A stretch of DNA of 64,000 bases, from NCBI GenBank assembly GCA_902634695.1, contig CACPLE010000001.1, positions 9,401-73,400 of the forward strand, in the 5' to 3' direction. The stretch's first letter is position 1. The number at the start of each line of letters is the position of its first letter. The position numbers and the translations under genes were made by a program. Source of the DNA: an uncultured Pelagibacteraceae bacterium. Lineage in GTDB: Bacteria > Pseudomonadota > Alphaproteobacteria > Pelagibacterales > Pelagibacteraceae. The notes beneath the pieces were generated by a model. That model searched no databases, was not told the origin of the DNA, and was given only the letters and a program-made list of their open reading frames with translations. Shown one piece after another: positions 59,284 to 64,000 of the stretch.

Positions 59284-60201
59284 TTGAAAAATTTAATTGC
59301 ATTTATAGGTGTCGGTAATATGGGCAATCCAATGGCAGAAAATTTAGTTAAAGCTGGAAAAAATGTTCGTGTGTTTGATGTTTCAAAAGAAATGATTGAA
59401 AAGGCTAAGGAAAAAAAATTTGATATTGCTAATAGTATTGATGATCTTTTAAAAGATTCAGTTTCAACGGTAATTACCATGTTGCCTGCTGGCAAGCATT
59501 CAAAAGAAGTTTATTTAGGAAAAAATGGAATAATAAATAAAGTATCTAAAGATTGCCTTTTAATTGATTGCTCAACAATTGATATAAAAACTTCAGTAGA
59601 AATAGGAAACAAAGCAAAAGAAAAAAATATTAAAATGATAGATGCTCCTGTAAGTGGAGGAGTTATGGGTGCAAAAAATGCTACTTTAACTTTCTTGGTA
59701 GGTGGAAGTAAAGATGCTTTTAATCTAGCAAAACCACTTTTGGAAATTATGGGAAAAAATATTTTTCACGCTGGTGAATCAGGGTGTGGAAATGGTGCAA
59801 AAATTTGTAACAATATGGCTTTAGGTATTTCAATGATAGGTGCGTCTGAAGCGCTAATGTTAGCAAAAAGATTAAACATAGATATTAAAAAAGTTCATGA
59901 AATTATGAAAAATGCATCAGGCAATAGTTGGCCAATATCAGTATACCCACCTCTTCCTGGTCTTAAAGATGGAGTTCCATCAAACAATAAATATAGACCA
60001 GGATTTTCTGCTGGTATGATGAGTAAAGATTTAAAACTTGCAATTGAATGCGCTGAAGAAGTTAAAGCAAATACTCCTCTAGGTTCTAATGCAAATAATA
60101 TTTACGATAAATTTTGTAAAGAAGGTAATAGCAATAAAGATTTTTCAGCTATATCAAAAGTTGTAGGTGGAGACGCCTGGGATTATGAAATTGATGACTA
60201 G
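59284..60201 (+). CDS. mmsB: 3-hydroxyisobutyrate dehydrogenase
   Basis: FIGVGNMGNPMA, DAPVSGG, AKICNNM, KDFS. Confidence 0.88.
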   Translation: MKNLIAFIGVGNMGNPMAENLVKAGKNVRVFDVSKEMIEKAKEKKFDIANSIDDLLKDSVSTVITMLPAGKHSKEVYLGKNGIINKVSKDCLLIDCSTIDIKTSVEIGNKAKEKNIKMIDAPVSGGVMGAKNATLTFLVGGSKDAFNLAKPLLEIMGKNIFHAGESGCGNGAKICNNMALGISMIGASEALMLAKRLNIDIKKVHEIMKNASGNSWPISVYPPLPGLKDGVPSNNKYRPGFSAGMMSKDLKLAIECAEEVKANTPLGSNANNIYDKFCKEGNSNKDFSAISKVVGGDAWDYEIDD

Positions 60202-60250
60202 TAGTCATGATATTTGATGATAGACTTATCCAATTAAAAAAGGAGAAAAT

Positions 60251-60541
60251 ATGGAAAAAGAAATGCTTGCAATAGCTAGACTTAAATCTGGTAAATTTGA
60301 AAAGTTCATGGGATTTATGCAATCTGATGAAGGAATGGCAGTAAGAAAAACTATCGCTCATGTTGAAAAAACAGTTCCAGCAATAGGGCCAGATAAAAGT
60401 TATGTTATGTTTAAAGTCTCAGTTCATAATGAAGAAGAAATGAAGAAGTTCGCTTCAGGCAATAACCCAATAGCAAAACCTATTTTCGATGAATGTGTCG
60501 AAGTTGTTGAAATGTATGAATTGAGTAAAGTTAATCTATAA
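60251..60541 (+). CDS. Hypothetical protein
   Basis: 96 aa with strong SD AAGGAG. No family recognised. Confidence 0.75.
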   Translation: MEKEMLAIARLKSGKFEKFMGFMQSDEGMAVRKTIAHVEKTVPAIGPDKSYVMFKVSVHNEEEMKKFASGNNPIAKPIFDECVEVVEMYELSKVNL

Positions 60542-60553
60542 GGATTAATAAAA

Positions 60554-60844
60554 ATGACTGGATATGCAATTACTCAAATTGAAGTAACTAATCCTGAAGA
60601 TTATAAACAATATTTAGCTAAAGTTACAGATATAGTTACAAAATTTGGTGGAGAATATTTAGTAAGAGGTGGTGAGTACCAATGTTTTGAAGGTGAGTGG
60701 AAATATCCTAGAACAGTGGTGATTAAATTTCCTTCTTACGAAAAAGCTTTGGAATGGTATAACTCTGAAGAATACAAACCAGTAAGACAGATACGGTTAG
60801 ACAATTCTGTCGGTAATTTTATAATAGTTAAAGGAGCAAAATAA
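60554..60844 (+). CDS. DUF1330 family protein
   Basis: GGEYLVRGG, EG.W, VIKFPS, WYNSEEY. Confidence 0.9.
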   Translation: MTGYAITQIEVTNPEDYKQYLAKVTDIVTKFGGEYLVRGGEYQCFEGEWKYPRTVVIKFPSYEKALEWYNSEEYKPVRQIRLDNSVGNFIIVKGAK

Positions 60845-60848
60845 TAAT

Positions 60849-61169
60849 ATGTCTATATTAGAAAAATACTCAGCTGCAATGGCGAATAAAGATGAGGCAG
60901 CTATGAATGAACTTTTGCATGATGATTTTAAATTTACAATGCATAAATCAGGTAATTCTTTAAAAAAAGCTGATGTTATAAAGTGGGCTATGAGTGGTGA
61001 CATTAAACAAGATAAGACAAGAGTGGTTTATGAAAATGATGAAGTTGGTATACACCATGCATTTGTAACATTTAATGATGGAAATGTTGAGGCTGTAATG
61101 GCAGTTTATAAATACAAAAATGGTAAAATAATTTCTTTAGAAACTGGCGCAACACCAATGCCTAAATAA
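60849..61169 (+). CDS. NTF2-like/SnoaL-like protein
   Basis: Short alpha+beta pattern LLHDDF...VYEND...KNGKII. Confidence 0.7.
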   Translation: MSILEKYSAAMANKDEAAMNELLHDDFKFTMHKSGNSLKKADVIKWAMSGDIKQDKTRVVYENDEVGIHHAFVTFNDGNVEAVMAVYKYKNGKIISLETGATPMPK

Positions 61170-61178
61170 AGATTATCA

Positions 61179-61565
61179 ATGAATAAAGTAATTGGTTTTG
61201 TAATGGTTGGGACTAATGATCTTGAGAAATCAAGTAAGTTTTACGATGCTATATTAACTCACCTTGGAATGAAAAGAGTTACAATAACAGAAAGATATAT
61301 TGGCTATGGTCATTCAAGTGAAGATAGTGGAGTAAAGTTTTATATTACAAAACCACATAATAAAGAAAATGCTACTGCGGGAAATGGTACAATGGTTGCC
61401 TTGTCAGCTGAAACAAAAGAAGCAGTAGACAAATTTCATAAAACAGCATTAGAAAATGGTGCTACTGATGAAGGAGCTCCAGGGCCAAGATCTGATGGAA
61501 ATTATTACGGCTATATCCGCGATCACGACGGTAATAAAATTACAGCAAGATGTCTTTTAAGTTAA
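61179..61565 (+). CDS. VOC/glyoxalase family protein
   Basis: GTNDLEKS..FYD, GNG.MVA, GAPGPR, RDHDGNK. Confidence 0.9.
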   Translation: MNKVIGFVMVGTNDLEKSSKFYDAILTHLGMKRVTITERYIGYGHSSEDSGVKFYITKPHNKENATAGNGTMVALSAETKEAVDKFHKTALENGATDEGAPGPRSDGNYYGYIRDHDGNKITARCLLS

Positions 61566-61901
61566 ATGAGCAATATTACAGCTTATATAATTTTAATTGT
61601 TGCTGTTGTTTTAGGTACAGCATCAAACGGTTTTGCTAAAGGAGCGCAAGGTTTTACATTATTGATACCAAGTATTCTAACAGCAATAACTATTGTTGGA
61701 TGCATGTTTACTTTGTCAATTGTTATGAAAACAATTCCGGTTGGTATTACGTACGCTTCTTTTGCTGGATTATGTATTATAGCAACAACAATTGTTGGAA
61801 TGTACAAATTTAACCAGATGCCTGATCTTTATACAATTATAGGTCTTGCTTTAATTATAGCTGGAGTCTTAATTGTTAATTTGTTAGGAAAGGCTAACTA
61901 A
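61566..61901 (+). CDS. SMR (small multidrug resistance) family transporter, atypical
   Basis: 111 aa, 4 TM, K..QGFT, IPVGITYA, GLALIIAGV. Confidence 0.85.
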   Translation: MSNITAYIILIVAVVLGTASNGFAKGAQGFTLLIPSILTAITIVGCMFTLSIVMKTIPVGITYASFAGLCIIATTIVGMYKFNQMPDLYTIIGLALIIAGVLIVNLLGKAN

Positions 61902-61902
61902 T

Positions 61903-62238
61903 ATGAAACCACTTACAGGTTACATTTTTTTATTCATTGCCATATCATGTGGAATAATTGCAAATAGTCTTGCAAAAATGTCTGAGGGATTTTCAAAACT
62001 TACGCCATCTGTTGCTTGTATACTTTTAATGTGTGTAACTATGTTTTCACTTGCAAAAGGAATGTCGGCAATACCAGTTGGTTTTGCATATGCTACTTAC
62101 AGTGCAATTACAGTTACAGCAATACTTTTGTTTGGAATTATTAAATATAATCAAATACCAAATATTTACGGTATAATTGGTATTGTTTTAATTATCGCAG
62201 GTGTTTTAATTGTTAATTTACTGGGTAAAGCTAACTAA
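61903..62238 (+). CDS. SMR family transporter, atypical (paralog)
   Basis: 111 aa, KMSEGFS, IPVGFAYA, identical C-terminus LIIAGVLIVNLLGKAN. Confidence 0.85.
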   Translation: MKPLTGYIFLFIAISCGIIANSLAKMSEGFSKLTPSVACILLMCVTMFSLAKGMSAIPVGFAYATYSAITVTAILLFGIIKYNQIPNIYGIIGIVLIIAGVLIVNLLGKAN

Positions 62239-62631
62239 TTATTTCATAAAATCATCAACTTCAACTTGATAACCTTCAACTAATCTATTTGTTTCATTGG
62301 CCATTCCTGTTACAGCAATCATTTCATTAAGCATCTCATCTGTGGCACCTTTTTTTTTAGCAGCTAAGCTATGAGATTTAATGCAGTACTCACAACCATT
62401 TGTTACTGAAACTGCTACATAGATTAATTCTTTAACAACTGGATCAAGTGCACCCTTTTTCATTACTTGTTTTAATGAAGTCCAAGTTCTCTCCAATGTT
62501 TCAGGATTATTTGCAAGACTTTTCCAAAAGTTTGGAACTTCAGTAATTTGTCTTACACTTTTAATTTCGTCATATATTTCTTTAACTTTTCCTTTAGCTT
62601 CACTTTCTTCAATTGGTTTAAAGATTGGCAT
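62239..62631 (-). CDS. Carboxymuconolactone decarboxylase / AhpD family protein
   Basis: KELIYVAVS..NGCEYCIKSH. Confidence 0.9.
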   Translation of the reverse strand: MPIFKPIEESEAKGKVKEIYDEIKSVRQITEVPNFWKSLANNPETLERTWTSLKQVMKKGALDPVVKELIYVAVSVTNGCEYCIKSHSLAAKKKGATDEMLNEMIAVTGMANETNRLVEGYQVEVDDFMK

Positions 62632-62640
62632 TTTTCCTCC

Positions 62641-64000
62641 TTAGTTATAAATTGATTCAATTTTTGGCATTAAAGTTAACAATTCTTTTGTGTATTCATG
62701 ATTTGGATTTTTAAATAATTCTTCTGTCATTGAAACTTCACAAAGTTTTCCATTTTTTAGTACTGCTATTCGATCACACATTTGTCTTACCACAGGTAAA
62801 TCATGACTAATAAATAAGATTGTCAGATTTAATTGCTCCTGTAAATCCTTTAATAAATTTAATATTTGCGCTTGTATACTTACATCTAGAGCAGAAGTTG
62901 GTTCATCACAAACAAGTAATCTTGGTTGAGTTGCAAGTGCTCTTGCTATTGATATCCTTTGTCTTTGACCTCCAGAAAATTCATGGGGATAACGTTCAGC
63001 TGATTGTTGAGTTAGCTCAACAGATTCTAATAAATCATAAATATAACTATCTATATCTTTTGAGCTTATTGAAGGATTATGAAGTTTTATCGGTTCCGCA
63101 ACGATATCTTTAACTTTTAACCTTCCGTTTAATGAAGAGTATGGGTCTTGAAATATCATTTGAATTTGTTTTCTAAACTTCATCATTTCTTTGTTGCTTT
63201 TGATTTTTGTTATACAAACGTTGTCGAAATAAATATCACCTGCGCTTGGTCTAAATAAATTAACAATCATTTTAGCAATAGTAGATTTTCCACTGCCACT
63301 CTCTCCTACTAGTCCAAATGATTGACCTTCTTTAATATTAAACGTCACATCATTTACAGCCATTACAGAATTTTTGGAACTTTCTGTAAAAAAGCTATCA
63401 TCAAATGTTTTGCTTAAATTCTTAACTTGAACTAAATCTTGATTAACAATTTCTTTTTTTGTCCATCTATTTAATATTTTAATATTTGTTTCACTTTGTT
63501 TTTTGTTTTCTTTTTCAATAATTATAAATCTTTCAATTTTTTTGTTTGTTGGTGGAACAGAGCTTACTAGACTCTTTGTATAAATTTCTTTAGGTTTTGT
63601 TAGTATTTCTTTTGTAGGTCCAATTTCTACTAGATCACCATTTTTCATCACAGCTACTCTGTCAGTTGTCTCAGAAATAACTCCCATATCATGGGTAATT
63701 AAAATTACTGCAAGATTTCTTTCTTTGGTTAATCTTTTAATTAAATCTAGTATTTGAGATTGAATTGATACATCTAATGCTGTTGTAGGTTCATCTGCTA
63801 TAAGAAGTTCGGGTTCACAACAAAGCGCAAGAGAAATAACAACCCTTTGTCTCATTCCACCAGAAAATTGATGAGGATAATTATTAAATCTATCTTCCGC
63901 ATCTTTTATTCCAACTTCTTTTAATAAATTGATAGCTTTATTTTTTGATTCCTCTGTACTTAAATTTAAATGAGTTTGAATAGTTTCAATAAGTTGCTCT
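62641..64000 (-). CDS. Peptide/nickel ABC transporter double-ATPase subunit (5' part outside window)
   Basis: Frame continues upstream of the tracked ORF (YPHQFSGGMRQR). Second domain has GESGSGKS, FSGGQRQR, DEPTSALD. Confidence 0.92.
   Translation of the reverse strand, partial: EQLIETIQTHLNLSTEESKNKAINLLKEVGIKDAEDRFNNYPHQFSGGMRQRVVISLALCCEPELLIADEPTTALDVSIQSQILDLIKRLTKERNLAVILITHDMGVISETTDRVAVMKNGDLVEIGPTKEILTKPKEIYTKSLVSSVPPTNKKIERFIIIEKENKKQSETNIKILNRWTKKEIVNQDLVQVKNLSKTFDDSFFTESSKNSVMAVNDVTFNIKEGQSFGLVGESGSGKSTIAKMIVNLFRPSAGDIYFDNVCITKIKSNKEMMKFRKQIQMIFQDPYSSLNGRLKVKDIVAEPIKLHNPSISSKDIDSYIYDLLESVELTQQSAERYPHEFSGGQRQRISIARALATQPRLLVCDEPTSALDVSIQAQILNLLKDLQEQLNLTILFISHDLPVVRQMCDRIAVLKNGKLCEVSMTEELFKNPNHEYTKELLTLMPKIESIYN

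Noticed and set aside
60200-60250. Short hairpin (agtc...gact) plus A-rich tail and AAGGAG, superficially like a SAM-II/SAM-V or preQ1 pseudoknot
   Set aside because: Core conserved nucleotides and a convincing second helix could not be identified. An Rfam/Infernal search would be needed.
1952-63113. Numerous 60-140 aa ORFs nested in or antisense to identified genes (e.g. 1952..2137, 16762..17112, 27864..28199, 44286..44708, 55959..56276, 62820..63113)
   Set aside because: They overlap well-supported genes and have no recognisable motifs or translation signals.

Overview
This is a very AT-rich, gene-dense chromosomal segment with tiny intergenic spacers. Gene content and style point to a streamlined marine alphaproteobacterium of the SAR11/Pelagibacterales type (inferred from the SpeD-SpeE fusion, Roseobacter-type TauABC and overall streamlining). 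It holds housekeeping genes (nadE partial, class II DAHP synthase, glmS, a half-length glmU, nrdAB, dusA, rpoZ, apt, guaC) and a prpDBC methylcitrate cluster. There is an mtnP-mtnA-aldolase-speDE-amino acid ABC cluster and a small putative cell-surface-modification islet with a radical SAM gene next to an elongator tRNA-Met. A taurine/organosulfur region carries tauABC, an omega-aminotransferase, ald, a pta-like gene, a ComC-like gene and an ETHE1-like gene, followed by several small accessory genes. The most striking unexplained element is a translationally coupled pair of predicted exported proteins: an 839-aa acidic Met/Gly/Ala-rich protein (about 16% Met by hand count, no Cys/Trp/Tyr) and a highly basic CxxC partner. 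Other notable items are NrdR boxes plus an alphaproteobacterial LexA box upstream of nrdAB, a SET-domain gene in a catabolic operon, a pair of SMR transporters lacking Glu14, and a TauC with a large extra domain. No CRISPR array, integrase or transposase was seen. All calls rest on motif recognition by eye; no database search was run.
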